From NCBI GenBank assembly GCA_964016885.1, contig OZ024764.1, forward strand, positions 19,406,001 to 19,470,000: a DNA stretch of 64,000 bases, written 5' to 3'. The translations under genes and the position numbers were made by a program. A model generated the notes under the pieces. The model was not told where the DNA came from. It saw only the letters and a list, made by a program, of their open reading frames with translations, and searched no databases. This DNA comes from Eledone cirrhosa (Eukaryota). Below are positions 40,801-55,800 of the stretch, in pieces (the first letter of the stretch is position 1; every line of letters starts with the position of its first letter).

Positions 40801-43800
40801 ATTAGATTATACTGACAGATAAAAGTAGTTATTAGTGACATTAGATTAAACTGACTGATAAAAGTAGTTATTAGTGACTTAGATTAAACTGACTGATAAA
40901 AGTAGTTATTAGTTACATTAGATTAAACTGACTGATAAAAGTAGTTATTAGTGACATTAGATTAAACTGACTGATAAAAGTAGTTATTAGTGGCAGTAGA
41001 TTAAACTGACTGATAAAAGTAGTTATTAGTGACATTAGATTATACTGACTGATAAAAGTAGTTATTAGTGACATTAGATTATACTGACTGATAAAAGTAG
41101 TTATTAGTGACATTAGATTAAACTGACTGATAAAAGTAGTTATTAGTGACATTAGATTAAACTGACTGATAAAAGTTGTTATTAGTGGCAGTAGATTAAA
41201 CTGACTGATAAAAGTAGTTATTAGTGGCAGTAGATTAAACTGACTGATAAAAGTAGTTATTAGTGGCAGTAGATTAAACTGAGTGATAAATGTAGTTATT
41301 AGTGACATTAGATTAAACTGACTGATAAAAGTAGTTATTAGTGACGTTAGATTAAACTGACTGATAAAAGTAGTTATTAGTGGCTGTAGATTAAACTGAC
41401 TGATAAAAGTAGTTATTAGTGGCAGTAGATTAAACTGACTGATAAAAGTAGTTATTAGTGGCAGTAGATTAAACTGAATGATAAAAGTAGTTATTAGTGA
41501 CATTAGATTATACTGGCTGATAAAAGTAGTTATTAGTGACATTAGATTAAACTGACTGATAAAAGTAGTTATTAGTGGCAGTAGATTAAACTGACTGATA
41601 AATGTAGTTATTAGTGGCAGCAGATTAAACTGACTGATAAAAGTAGTTATTAGTGGCATTAGATTAAACTGACTGATAAAAGTAGTTATTAGTGGCAGTA
41701 GATTAAACTGACTGATAAAAGTAGTTATTAGTGGCAGCAGATTAAACTGACTGATAAAAGTAGTTATTAGTGAGATTAGATTATACTGAGAGATAAAAGT
41801 AGTTATTAGTGAGATTAGATTAAACTGACAGATAAAAGTAGTTATTAGTGACATTAGATTAAACTGACTGATAAAAGTAGTTATTAGTGACATTAGATTA
41901 TACTGACAGATAAAAGTAGTTATTAGTAACATTAGATTATACTGACTGATAAAAGTAGTTATTAGTGAGATTAGATTAAACTGACTGATAAAAGTAGTTA
42001 TTAGTGAGATTAGATTAAACTGACTGATAAAAGTAGTTATTAGTGACATTAGATTAAACTGACTGATAAAAGTAGTTATTAGTGACATTAGATTATACTG
42101 ACAGATAAAAGTAGTTATTAGTGAGATTAGATTAAACTGACTGATAAAAGTAGTTATTAGTGACATTAGATTAAACTGACTGATAAAAGTAGTTATTAGT
42201 GACATTAGATTATACTGACAGATAAAAGTAGTTATTAGTGAGATTAGATTATACTGACAGATAAAAGTAGTTATTAGTGACATTAGATTATACTGACTGA
42301 TAAAAGTAGTTATTAGTGACATTAGATTAAACTCACTGATAAAAGTAGTTATTAGTGACATTAGATTATACTGACAGATAAAAGTAGTTATTAGTGACAT
42401 TAGATTAAACTGACTGATAAAAGTAGTTATTAGTGACATTAGATTATACTGACTGATAAAAGTAGTTATTAGTGACATTAGATAATACTGACAGATAAAA
42501 GGAGTTATTAGTGAGATTAGATTAAACTGACTGATAAAAGTAGTTATTAGTGACATTAGATTATACTGACTGATAAAAGTAGTTATTAGTGACATTAGAT
42601 TATACTGACTGATAAAAGTAGTTATTAGTGACATTAGATTATACTGAGAGATAAAAGTAGTTATTAGTGAGATTAGATTAAACTGACTGATAAAAGTAGT
42701 TATTAGTGACATTAGATTAAACTGACTGATAAAAGTAGTTATTAGTAACATTAGATTATACTGACTGATAAAAGTAGTTATTAGTGAGATTAGATTAAAC
42801 TGACTGATAAAAGTAGTTATTAGTGAGATTAGATTAAACTGACTGATAAAAGTAGTTATTAGTGACATTAGATTAAACTGACTGATAAAAGTAGTTATTA
42901 GTGACATTAGATTATACTGACAGATAAAAGTAGTTATTAGTGAGATTAGATTAAACTGACTGATAAAAGTAGTTATTAGTGACATTAGATTAAACTGACT
43001 GATAAAAGTAGTTATTAGTGACATTAGATTATACTGACAGATAAAAGTAGTTATTAGTGAGATTAGATTATACTGACAGATAAAAGTAGTTATTAGTGAC
43101 ATTAGATTATACTGACTGATAAAAGTAGTTATTAGTGACATTAGATTAAACTCACTGATAAAAGTAGTTATTAGTGACATTAGATTATACTGACAGATAA
43201 AAGTAGTTATTAGTGAGATTAGATTAAACTGACTGATAAAAGTAGTTATTAGTGACATTAGATTATACTGACTGATAAAAGTAGTTATTAGTGACATTAG
43301 ATTATACTGACTGATAAAAGTAGTTATTAGTGACATTAGATTATACTGAGAGATAAAAGTAGTTATTAGTGAGATTAGATTAAACTGACAGATAAAAGTA
43401 GTTATTAGTGATATTAGATTAAACTGACTGATAAAAGTAGTTATTCGTGACATTAGATTATACTGACTGATAAAAGTAGTTATTAGTGACATTAGATTAA
43501 ACTGACTGATAAAAGTAGTTATTAGTGACATTAGATTAAACTGACTGATAAAAGTAGTTATTAGTGACATTAGATTATACTGACTGATAAAAGTAGTTAT
43601 TAGTGACATTAGATTAAACTGACTGATAAAAGTAGTTATTAGTGACATTAGATTATACTGACAGATAAAAGTAGTTATTAGTGAGATTAGATTAAACTGA
43701 CTGATAAAAGTAGTTATTAGTGAGATTAGATTAAACAGACTGATAAAAGTAGTTATTAGTGACATTAGATTATACTGACTGATAAAAGTAGTTATTAGTG

Positions 43801-46800
43801 ACATTAGATTATACTGACTGATAAAAGTAGTTATTAGTGAGATTAGATTAAACTGACTGATAAAAGTAGTTATTAGTGACATTAGATTAAACTGACTGAT
43901 AAAAGTAGTTACTAGTGACATTAGATTATACTGACAGATAAAAGTAGTTATTAGTGAGATTAGATTAAACTGACTGATAAAAGTAGTTATTAGTGAGATT
44001 AGATTAAACTGACTGATAAAAGTAGTTATTAGTGACATTAGATTAAACTGACTGATAAAAGTAGTTATTAGTGACATTAGATTATACTGACTGATAAAAG
44101 TAGTTATTAGTGACATTAGATTATACTGACTGATAAAAGTAGTTATTAGTGACATTAGATTATACTGACAGATAAAAGTAGTTATTAGTGAGATTAGATT
44201 AAACTGACTGATAAAAGTAGTTATTAGTGACATTAGATTATACTGACAGATAAAAGTAGTTATTAGTGACATTAGATTAAACTGACTGATAAAAGAAGTT
44301 ATTAGTGACATTAGATTATACTGACTGATAAAAGTAGTTATTAGTGACATTAGATTATACTGACAGATAAAAGTAGTTATTAGTGAGATTAGATTAAACT
44401 GACTGATAAAAGTAGTTATTAGTGAGATTAGATTAAACTGACTGATAAAAGTAGTTATTAGTGACATTAGATTAAACTGACTGATAAAAGTAGTTATTAG
44501 TGACATTAGATTAAACTGACTGATAAAAGTAGTTATTAGTGATATTAGATTAAACTGACTGATAAAAGTAGTTATTAGTGACATTAGATTATACTGACTG
44601 ATAAAAGTAGCTATTAGTGACATTAGATTAAACTGACTGATAAAAGTAGTTATTAGTGACATTAGATTAAACTGACTGATAAAAGCAGTTATTAGTGAGA
44701 TTAGATTAAACTGACTGATAAAAGTAGTTATTAGTAACATTAGATTATACTGACTGATAAAAGTAGTTATTAGTGAAATTAGATTATACTGACTGATAAA
44801 AGTAGTTATTAGTGACATTAGATTAAACTGAAAGATAAAAGTAGTTATTAGTGACATTAGATTAAACTGACTGATAAAAGTAGTTATTAGTAACATTAGA
44901 TTATACTGACTGATAAAAGTAGTTATTAGTGAAATTAGATTATACTGACTGATAAAAGTAGTTATTAGTGAAATTAGATTATACTGACTGATAAAAGTAG
45001 TTATTAGTGAAATTAGATTATACTGACTGATAAAAGTAGTTATTAGTGGCATTAGATTAAACTGAATGATAAAAGTAGTTATTAGTGACATTAGATTAAA
45101 CTGACTGATAAAAGTAGTTATTAGTGACATTAGATTATACTGACTGATAAAAGTAGTTATTAGTGGCAGTAGATTAAACTGACTGATAAAAGTAGTTATT
45201 AGTGGCAGTAGATTCAACTGACTGATAAACGTAGTTATTAGTGACATTAGATTATACTGACTGATAAAAGTAGTTATTAGTGACTTAGATTAAACTGACT
45301 GATAAAAGTAGTTATTAGTGGCATTAGATTAAACTGACTGATAAAAGTAGTTATTAGTGGCAGTAGATTAAACTGACTGATAAAAGTAGTTATTAGTGGC
45401 AGTAGATTAAACTGACTGATAAAAGTAGTTATTAGTGGCAGTAGATTAAACTGACTGATAAAAGTAGTTATTAGTGGCAGTAGATTCAACTGACTGATAA
45501 ACGTAGTTATTAGTAACATTAGATTAAACTGACTGATAAAAGTAGTTATTAGTGACATTAGATTAAACTGACAGATAAAAGTAGTTATTAGTGGCAGTAG
45601 ATTAAACTGACTGATAAAAGTAGTTATTAGTGACATTAGATTATACTGACTGATAAAAGTAGTTATTAGTGACATTAGATTATACTGACAGATAAAAGTA
45701 GTTATTAGTGACATTAGATTAAACTGACTGATAAAAGTAGTTATTAGTGGCATTAGATTAAACTGAATGATAAAAGTAGTTATTAGTGACATTAGATTAA
45801 ACTGACTGATAAAAGTAGTTATTAGTGACATTAGATTATACTGACTGATAAAAGTAGTTATTAGTGGCAGTAGATTAAACTGACTGATAAAAGTAGTTAT
45901 TAGTGGCAGTAGATTCAACTGACTGATAAACGTAGTTATTAGTGACATTAGATTATACTGACTGATAAAAGTAGTTATTAGTGACTTAGATTAAACTGAC
46001 TGATAAAAGTAGTTATTAGTGGCATTAGATTAAACTGACTGATAAAAGTAGTTATTAGTGGCAGTAGATTAAACTGACTGATAAAAGTAGTTATTAGTGG
46101 CAGTAGATTAAACTGACTGATAAAAGTAGTTATTAGTGGCAGTAGATTAAACTGACTGATAAAAGTAGTTATTAGTGGCAGTAGATTCAACTGACTGATA
46201 AACGTAGTTATTAGTAACATTAGATTAAACTGACTGATAAAAGTAGTTATTAGTGACATTAGATTAAACTGACAGATAAAAGTAGTTATTAGTGGCAGTA
46301 GATTAAACTGACTGATAAAAGTAGTTATTAGTGACATTAGATTATACTGACTGATAAAAGTAGTTATTAGTGACATTAGATTATACTGACAGATAAAAGT
46401 AGTTATTAGTGACATTAGATTAAACTGACTGATAAAAGTAGTTATTAGTGACTTAGATTAAACTGACTGATAAAAGTAGTTATTAGTTACATTAGATTAA
46501 ACTGACTGATAAAAGTAGTTATTAGTGACATTAGATTAAACTGACTGATAAAAGTAGTTATTAGTGGCAGTAGATTAAACTGACTGATAAAAGTAGTTAT
46601 TAGTGACATTAGATTATACTGACTGATAAAAGTAGTTATTAGTGACATTAGATTATACTGACTGATAAAAGTAGTTATTAGTGACATTAGATTAAACTGA
46701 CTGATAAAAGTAGTTATTAGTGACATTAGATTAAACTGACTGATAAAAGTTGTTATTAGTGGCAGTAGATTAAACTGACTGATAAAAGTAGTTATTAGTG

Positions 46801-49800
46801 GCAGTAGATTAAACTGACTGATAAAAGTAGTTATTAGTGGCAGTAGATTAAACTGAGTGATAAATGTAGTTATTAGTGACATTAGATTAAACTGACTGAT
46901 AAAAGTAGTTATTAGTGACGTTAGATTAAACTGACTGATAAAAGTAGTTATTAGTGGCTGTAGATTAAACTGACTGATAAAAGTAGTTATTAGTGGCAGT
47001 AGATTAAACTGACTGATAAAAGTAGTTATTAGTGGCAGTAGATTAAACTGAATGATAAAAGTAGTTATTAGTGACATTAGATTATACTGGCTGATAAAAG
47101 TAGTTATTAGTGACATTAGATTAAACTGACTGATAAAAGTAGTTATTAGTGGCAGTAGATTAAACTGACTGATAAATGTAGTTATTAGTGGCAGCAGATT
47201 AAACTGACTGATAAAAGTAGTTATTAGTGGCATTAGATTAAACTGACTGATAAAAGTAGTTATTAGTGGCAGTAGATTAAACTGACTGATAAAAGTAGTT
47301 ATTAGTGGCAGCAGATTAAACTGACTGATAAAAGTAGTTATTAGTGGCATTAGATTAAACTGACTGATAAAAGTAGTTATTAGTGACATTAGATTAAACT
47401 GATTGATAAAAGTAGTTATTAGTGACATTAGATTAAACTGACTGATAAAAGTAGTTATTAGTGGCATTAGTTTAAACTGACTGATAAAAGTAGTTATTAG
47501 TGACATTAGATTAAACTGACTGATAAAAGTAGTTATTAGTGACATTAGATTAAACTGACTGATAAAAGTAGTTATTAGTGGCAGTAGATTAAACTGACTG
47601 ATAAAAGTAGTTATTAGTGGCAGTAGATTAAACTGACTGATAAAAGTAGTTATTAGTGGCAGTAGATTAAACTGACTGATAAAAGTAGTTATTAGTGAAC
47701 TTAGATTATACTGAAAGATAAAAGTAGTTATTAGTGACATTAGATTATACTGACTGATAAAAGTAGTTATTAGTGACATTAGATTATACTGACAGATAAA
47801 AGTAGTTATTAGTGACATTAGATTAAACTGACTGATAAAAGTAGTTATTAGTGACTTAGATTAAACTGACTGATAAAAGTAGTTATTAGTGACATTAGAT
47901 TAAACTAACTGATAAAAGTAGTTATTAGTGACATTAGATTAAACTGACTGGTAAAAGTAGTTATTAGTGGCAGTAGATTAAACTGACTGATAAAAGTAGT
48001 TATTAGTGACATTAGATTAAACTGACTGATAAAAGTAGTTATTAGTGACATTAGATAATACTGACTGATAAAAGTAGTTATTAGTGACATTAGATTAAAC
48101 TGACTGATAAAAGTTGTTATTAGTGACATTAGATTAAACTGACAGATAAAAGTAGTTATTAGTGGCAGTAGATTAAACTGACTGTTAAAAGTAGTTATTA
48201 GTGACATTAGATTAAACTGACTGATAAAAGTAGTTATTAGTGACATTAGATTAAACTGACTGATAAAAGTTGTTATTAGTGGCAGTAGATTAAACTGACT
48301 GATAAAAGTAGTTATTAGTGGCAGTAGATTAAACTGACTGATAAAAGTAGTTATTAGTGGCAGTAGATTAAACTGAGTGATAAATGTAGTTATTAGTGAC
48401 ATTAGATTAAACTGACTGATAAAAGTAGTTATTAGTGACGTTAGATTAAACTGACTGATAAAAGTAGTTATTAGTGGCTGTAGATTAAACTGACTGATAA
48501 AAGTAGTTATTAGTGGCAGTAGATTAAACTGACTGATAAAAGTAGTTATTAGTGGCAGTAGATTAAACTGAATGATAAAAGTAGTTATTAGTGACATTAG
48601 ATTATACTGGCTGATAAAAGTAGTTATTAGTGACATTAGATTAAACTGACTGATAAAAGTAGTTATTAGTGGCAGTAGATTAAACTGACTGATAAATGTA
48701 GTTATTAGTGGCAGCAGATTAAACTGACTGATAAAAGTAGTTATTAGTGGCATTAGATTAAACTGACTGATAAAAGTAGTTATTAGTGGCAGTAGATTAA
48801 ACTGACTGATAAAAGTAGTTATTAGTGGCAGCAGATTAAACTGACTGATAAAAGTAGTTATTAGTGGCATTAGATTAAACTGACTGATAAAAGTAGTTAT
48901 TAGTGACATTAGATTAAACTGATTGATAAAAGTAGTTATTAGTGACATTAGATTAAACTGACTGATAAAAGTAGTTATTAGTGGCATTAGTTTAAACTGA
49001 CTGATAAAAGTAGTTATTAGTGACATTAGATTAAACTGACTGATAAAAGTAGTTATTAGTGACATTAGATTAAACTGACTGATAAAAGTAGTTATTAGTG
49101 GCAGTAGATTAAACTGACTGATAAAAGTAGTTATTAGTGGCAGTAGATTAAACTGACTGATAAAAGTAGTTATTAGTGGCAGTAGATTAAACTGACTGAT
49201 AAAAGTAGTTATTAGTGAACTTAGATTATACTGAAAGATAAAAGTAGTTATTAGTGACATTAGATTATACTGACTGATAAAAGTAGTTATTAGTGACATT
49301 AGATTATACTGACAGATAAAAGTAGTTATTAGTGACATTAGATTAAACTGACTGATAAAAGTAGTTATTAGTGACTTAGATTAAACTGACTGATAAAAGT
49401 AGTTATTAGTGACATTAGATTAAACTAACTGATAAAAGTAGTTATTAGTGACATTAGATTAAACTGACTGATAAAAGTAGTTATTAGTGGCAGTAGATTA
49501 AACTGACTGATAAAAGTAGTTATTAGTGACATTAGATTAAACTGACTGATAAAAGTAGTTATTAGTGACATTAGATAATACTGACTGATAAAAGTAGTTA
49601 TTAGTGACATTAGATTAAACTGACTGATAAAAGTTGTTATTAGTGACATTAGATTAAACTGACAGATAAAAGTAGTTATTAGTGGCAGTAGATTAAACTG
49701 ACTGTTAAAAGTAGTTATTAGTGACATTAGATTAAACTGACTGATAATAGTAGTTATTAGTGACATTAGATTAAACTGACTGATAAAAGTAGTTATTAGT

Positions 49801-52800
49801 GACATTAGATTATACTGACTGATAAAAGTAGTTATTAGTGACATTAGATTAAACTGACTGATAAAAGTAGTTATTAGTGGCAGTAGATTAAACCGACTGA
49901 TAAAAGTAGTTATTAGTGGCAGTAGATTAAACTGACGGATAAAAGTAGTTATTAGTGACATTAGATTATACTGAAAGATAAAAGTAGTTATTAGTGAGAT
50001 TAGATTAAACTGACTGATAAAAGTAGTTATTAGTGACATTAGATTAAACTAACTGATAAAAGTAGTTATTAGTGACATTAGATTAAACTGACTGATAAAA
50101 GTAGTTATTAGTGACATTAGATTAAACTGACTGATAAGAGTAGTTATTAGTGACATTAGATTATACTGACTGATAAAAGTAGTTATTAGTGACATTAGAT
50201 TATACTGACTGATAAAAGTAGTTATTAGTGACATTAGAGTATACTGACTGATAAAAGTAGTTATTAGTGACATTAGATTAAACTGACTGATAAAAGTAGT
50301 TATTAGTGACATTAGATTAAACTGACTGATAAAAGTAGTTATTAGTGACATTAGATTATACTGACTGATAAAAGTAGTTATTAGTGACATTAGATTAAAC
50401 TGACTGATAAAAGTAGTTATTAGTGGCAGTAGATTAAACTGACTGATAAAAGTAGTTATTAGTGGCAGTAGATTAAACTGAATGATAAAAGTAGTTATTA
50501 GTGACAGTAGATTAAACTGACTGATAAAAGTAGTTATTAGTGGCAGTAGATTATACTGACTGATAAAAGTAGTTATTAGTGACATTAGATTAAACTGACT
50601 GATAAAAGTAGTTATTAGTGACATTAGATTATACTGACTGATAAAAGTAGTTATTAGTGACATTAGATTATACTGACTGATAAAAGTAGTTATTAGTGAC
50701 ATTAGATTAAACTGACTGATAAAAGTAGTTATTAGTGACATTAGATTAAAATGACTGATAAAAGTAGTTATTAGTGATATTAGATTAAATTGACTAATAA
50801 AAGTAGTTATTAGTGACATTACATTAAACTGACTGATAAAAGTAGTTATTAGTGGCAGTAGATTAAACTGACTGATAAAAGTAGTTATTAGTGGCATTAG
50901 ATTATACTGACTGATAAAAGTAGTTATTAGTGACATTAGATTAAACTGACTGATAAAAGTAGTTATTAGTGACATTAGATTAAACTGACAGATAAAAGTA
51001 GTTATTAGTGGCAGTAGATTAAACTGACTGATAAAAGTAGTTATTAGTGACATTAGATTAAACTGACTGATAAAAGTAGTTATTAGTGACATTAGATTAA
51101 ACTGACTGATAAAAGTAGTTATTAGGGACATTAGATTAAACTAACTGATAAAAGTAGTTATTAGTGACATTAGATTAAACTGACTGATAAAAGTAGTTAT
51201 TAGTGACATTAGATTAAACTGACTGATAAAAGTAGTTATTAGTGACATTAGATTAAACTGACTGATAAAAGTAGTTATTAGTGGCAGTAGATTAAACTGA
51301 CTGATAAAAGTAGTTATTAGTGACATTAGATTATACTGACTGATAAAAGTAGTTATTAGTGACATTAGATTAAACTGACTGATAAAAGTAGTTATTAGTG
51401 ACATTAGATTAAACTGACTGATAAAAGTAGTTATTAGTGACATTAGATTATACTGACTGATAAAAGTAGTTATTAGTGAAATTAGATTAAACTGACTGAT
51501 AAAAGTAGTTATTAGTGACATTAGATTATACTGACTGATAAAAGTAGTTATTAGTGACATTAGATTAAACTGACTGATAAAAGTAGTTATTAGTGACATT
51601 AGATTAAACTGACTGATAAAAGTAGTTATTAGTGACATTAGATTATACTGACTGATAAAAGTAGTTATTAGTGACATTAGATTAAACTGACTGATAAAAG
51701 TAGTTATTAGTGACATTAGATTATACTGACAGATAAAAGTAGTTATTAGTGAGATTAGATTAAACTGACTGATAAAAGTAGTTATTAGTGAGATTAGATT
51801 AAACTGACTGATAAAAGTAGTTATTAGTGACATTAGATTATACTGACTGATAAAAGTAGTTATTAGTGACATTAGATTATACTGACTGATAAAAGTAGTT
51901 ATTAGTGACATTAGATTATACTGACTGATAAAAGTAGTTATTAGTGACATTAGATTATACTGACAGATAAAAGTAGTTATTAGTGAGATTAGATTAAACT
52001 GACTGATAAAAGTAGTTATTAGTGACATTAGATTATACTGACTGATAAAAGTAGTTATTAGTGACATTAGATTATACTGACTGATAAAAGTAGTTATTAG
52101 TGACATTAGATTATACTGACTGATAAAAGTAGTTATTAGTGACATTAGATTATACTGACAGATAAAAGTAGTTATTAGTGAGATTAGATTAAACTGACTG
52201 ATAAAAGTAGTTATTAGTGGCAGTAGATTATACTGACAGATAAAAGTAGTTATTAGTGACATTAGATTATAGTGCAAGATAAAAGTAGTTATTAGTGACA
52301 TTAGATTATACTGACTGATAAAAGTAGTTATTAGTGACATTAGATTATACTGACTGATAAAAGTAGTTATTAGTGACATTAGATTATACTGACTGATAAA
52401 AGTAGTTATTAGTGACATTAGATTATACTGACTGATAAAAGTAGTTATTAGTGACATTAGATTATACTGACTGATAAAAGTAGTTATTAGTGACATTAGA
52501 TTATACTGACTGATAAAAGTAGTTATTAGTGACATTAGATTAAACTGACTGATAAAAGTAGTTATTAGTGACATTAGATTATACTGACTGATAAAAGTAG
52601 TTATTAGTGAAATTAGATTAAACTGACTGATAAAAGTAGTTATTAGTGGCAGTAGATTCAACTGACTGATAAACGTAGTTATTAGTAACATTAGATTAAA
52701 CTGACTGATAAAAGTAGTTATTAGTGACATTAGATTAAACTGACAGATAAAAGTAGTTATTAGTGGCAGTAGATTAAACTGACTGATAAAAGTAGTTATT

Positions 52801-55800
52801 AGTGACATTAGATTATACTGACTGATAAAAGTAGTTATTAGTGACATTAGATTATACTGACAGATAAAAGTAGTTATTAGTGACATTAGATTAAACTGAC
52901 TGATAAAAGTAGTTATTAGTGACTTAGATTAAACTGACTGATAAAAGTAGTTATTAGTTACATTAGATTAAACTGACTGATAAAAGTAGTTATTAGTGAC
53001 ATTAGATTAAACTGACTGATAAAAGTAGTTATTAGTGGCAGTAGATTAAACTGACTGATAAAAGTAGTTATTAGTGACATTAGATTATACTGACTGATAA
53101 AAGTAGTTATTAGTGACATTAGATTATACTGACTGATAAAAGTAGTTATTAGTGACATTAGATTAAACTGACTGATAAAAGTAGTTATTAGTGACATTAG
53201 ATTAAACTGACTGATAAAAGTTGTTATTAGTGGCAGTAGATTAAACTGACTGATAAAAGTAGTTATTAGTGGCAGTAGATTAAACTGACTGATAAAAGTA
53301 GTTATTAGTGGCAGTAGATTAAACTGAGTGATAAATGTAGTTATTAGTGACATTAGATTAAACTGACTGATAAAAGTAGTTATTAGTGACGTTAGATTAA
53401 ACTGACTGATAAAAGTAGTTATTAGTGGCTGTAGATTAAACTGACTGATAAAAGTAGTTATTAGTGGCAGTAGATTAAACTGACTGATAAAAGTAGTTAT
53501 TAGTGGCAGTAGATTAAACTGAATGATAAAAGTAGTTATTAGTGACATTAGATTATACTGGCTGATAAAAGTAGTTATTAGTGACATTAGATTAAACTGA
53601 CTGATAAAAGTAGTTATTAGTGGCAGTAGATTAAACTGACTGATAAATGTAGTTATTAGTGGCAGCAGATTAAACTGACTGATAAAAGTAGTTATTAGTG
53701 GCATTAGATTAAACTGACTGATAAAAGTAGTTATTAGTGGCAGTAGATTAAACTGACTGATAAAAGTAGTTATTAGTGGCAGCAGATTAAACTGACTGAT
53801 AAAAGTAGTTATTAGTGGCATTAGATTAAACTGACTGATAAAAGTAGTTATTAGTGACATTAGATTAAACTGATTGATAAAAGTAGTTATTAGTGACATT
53901 AGATTAAACTGACTGATAAAAGTAGTTATTAGTGGCATTAGTTTAAACTGACTGATAAAAGTAGTTATTAGTGACATTAGATTAAACTGACTGATAAAAG
54001 TAGTTATTAGTGACATTAGATTAAACTGACTGATAAAAGTAGTTATTAGTGGCAGTAGATTAAACTGACTGATAAAAGTAGTTATTAGTGGCAGTAGATT
54101 AAACTGACTGATAAAAGTAGTTATTAGTGGCAGTAGATTAAACTGACTGATAAAAGTAGTTATTAGTGAACTTAGATTATACTGAAAGATAAAAGTAGTT
54201 ATTAGTGACATTAGATTATACTGACTGATAAAAGTAGTTATTAGTGACATTAGATTATACTGACAGATAAAAGTAGTTATTAGTGACATTAGATTAAACT
54301 GACTGATAAAAGTAGTTATTAGTGACTTAGATTAAACTGACTGATAAAAGTAGTTATTAGTGACATTAGATTAAACTAACTGATAAAAGTAGTTATTAGT
54401 GACATTAGATTAAACTGACTGGTAAAAGTAGTTATTAGTGGCAGTAGATTAAACTGACTGATAAAAGTAGTTATTAGTGACATTAGATTAAACTGACTGA
54501 TAAAAGTAGTTATTAGTGACATTAGATAATACTGACTGATAAAAGTAGTTATTAGTGACATTAGATTAAACTGACTGATAAAAGTTGTTATTAGTGACAT
54601 TAGATTAAACTGACAGATAAAAGTAGTTATTAGTGGCAGTAGATTAAACTGACTGTTAAAAGTAGTTATTAGTGACATTAGATTAAACTGACTGATAAAA
54701 GTAGTTATTAGTGACATTAGATTAAACTGACTGATAAAAGTTGTTATTAGTGGCAGTAGATTAAACTGACTGATAAAAGTAGTTATTAGTGGCAGTAGAT
54801 TAAACTGACTGATAAAAGTAGTTATTAGTGGCAGTAGATTAAACTGAGTGATAAATGTAGTTATTAGTGACATTAGATTAAACTGACTGATAAAAGTAGT
54901 TATTAGTGACGTTAGATTAAACTGACTGATAAAAGTAGTTATTAGTGGCTGTAGATTAAACTGACTGATAAAAGTAGTTATTAGTGGCAGTAGATTAAAC
55001 TGACTGATAAAAGTAGTTATTAGTGGCAGTAGATTAAACTGAATGATAAAAGTAGTTATTAGTGACATTAGATTATACTGGCTGATAAAAGTAGTTATTA
55101 GTGACATTAGATTAAACTGACTGATAAAAGTAGTTATTAGTGGCAGTAGATTAAACTGACTGATAAATGTAGTTATTAGTGACATTAGATTAAACTGACT
55201 GATAATAGTAGTTATTAGTGACATTAGATTAAACTGACTGATAAAAGTAGTTATTAGTGACATTAGATTATACTGACTGATAAAAGTAGTTATTAGTGAC
55301 ATTAGATTAAACTGACTGATAAAAGTAGTTATTAGTGGCAGTAGATTAAACCGACTGATAAAAGTAGTTATTAGTGGCAGTAGATTAAACTGACGGATAA
55401 AAGTAGTTATTAGTGACATTAGATTATACTGAAAGATAAAAGTAGTTATTAGTGAGATTAGATTAAACTGACTGATAAAAGTAGTTATTAGTGACATTAG
55501 ATTAAACTAACTGATAAAAGTAGTTATTAGTGACATTAGATTAAACTGACTGATAAAAGTAGTTATTAGTGACATTAGATTAAACTGACTGATAAGAGTA
55601 GTTATTAGTGACATTAGATTATACTGACTGATAAAAGTAGTTATTAGTGACATTAGATTAAACTGACTGATAAAAGTAGTTATTAGTGACATTAGAGTAT
55701 ACTGACTGATAAAAGTAGTTATTAGTGACATTAGATTAAACTGACTGATAAAAGTAGTTATTAGTGACATTAGATTAAACTGACTGATAAAAGTAGTTAT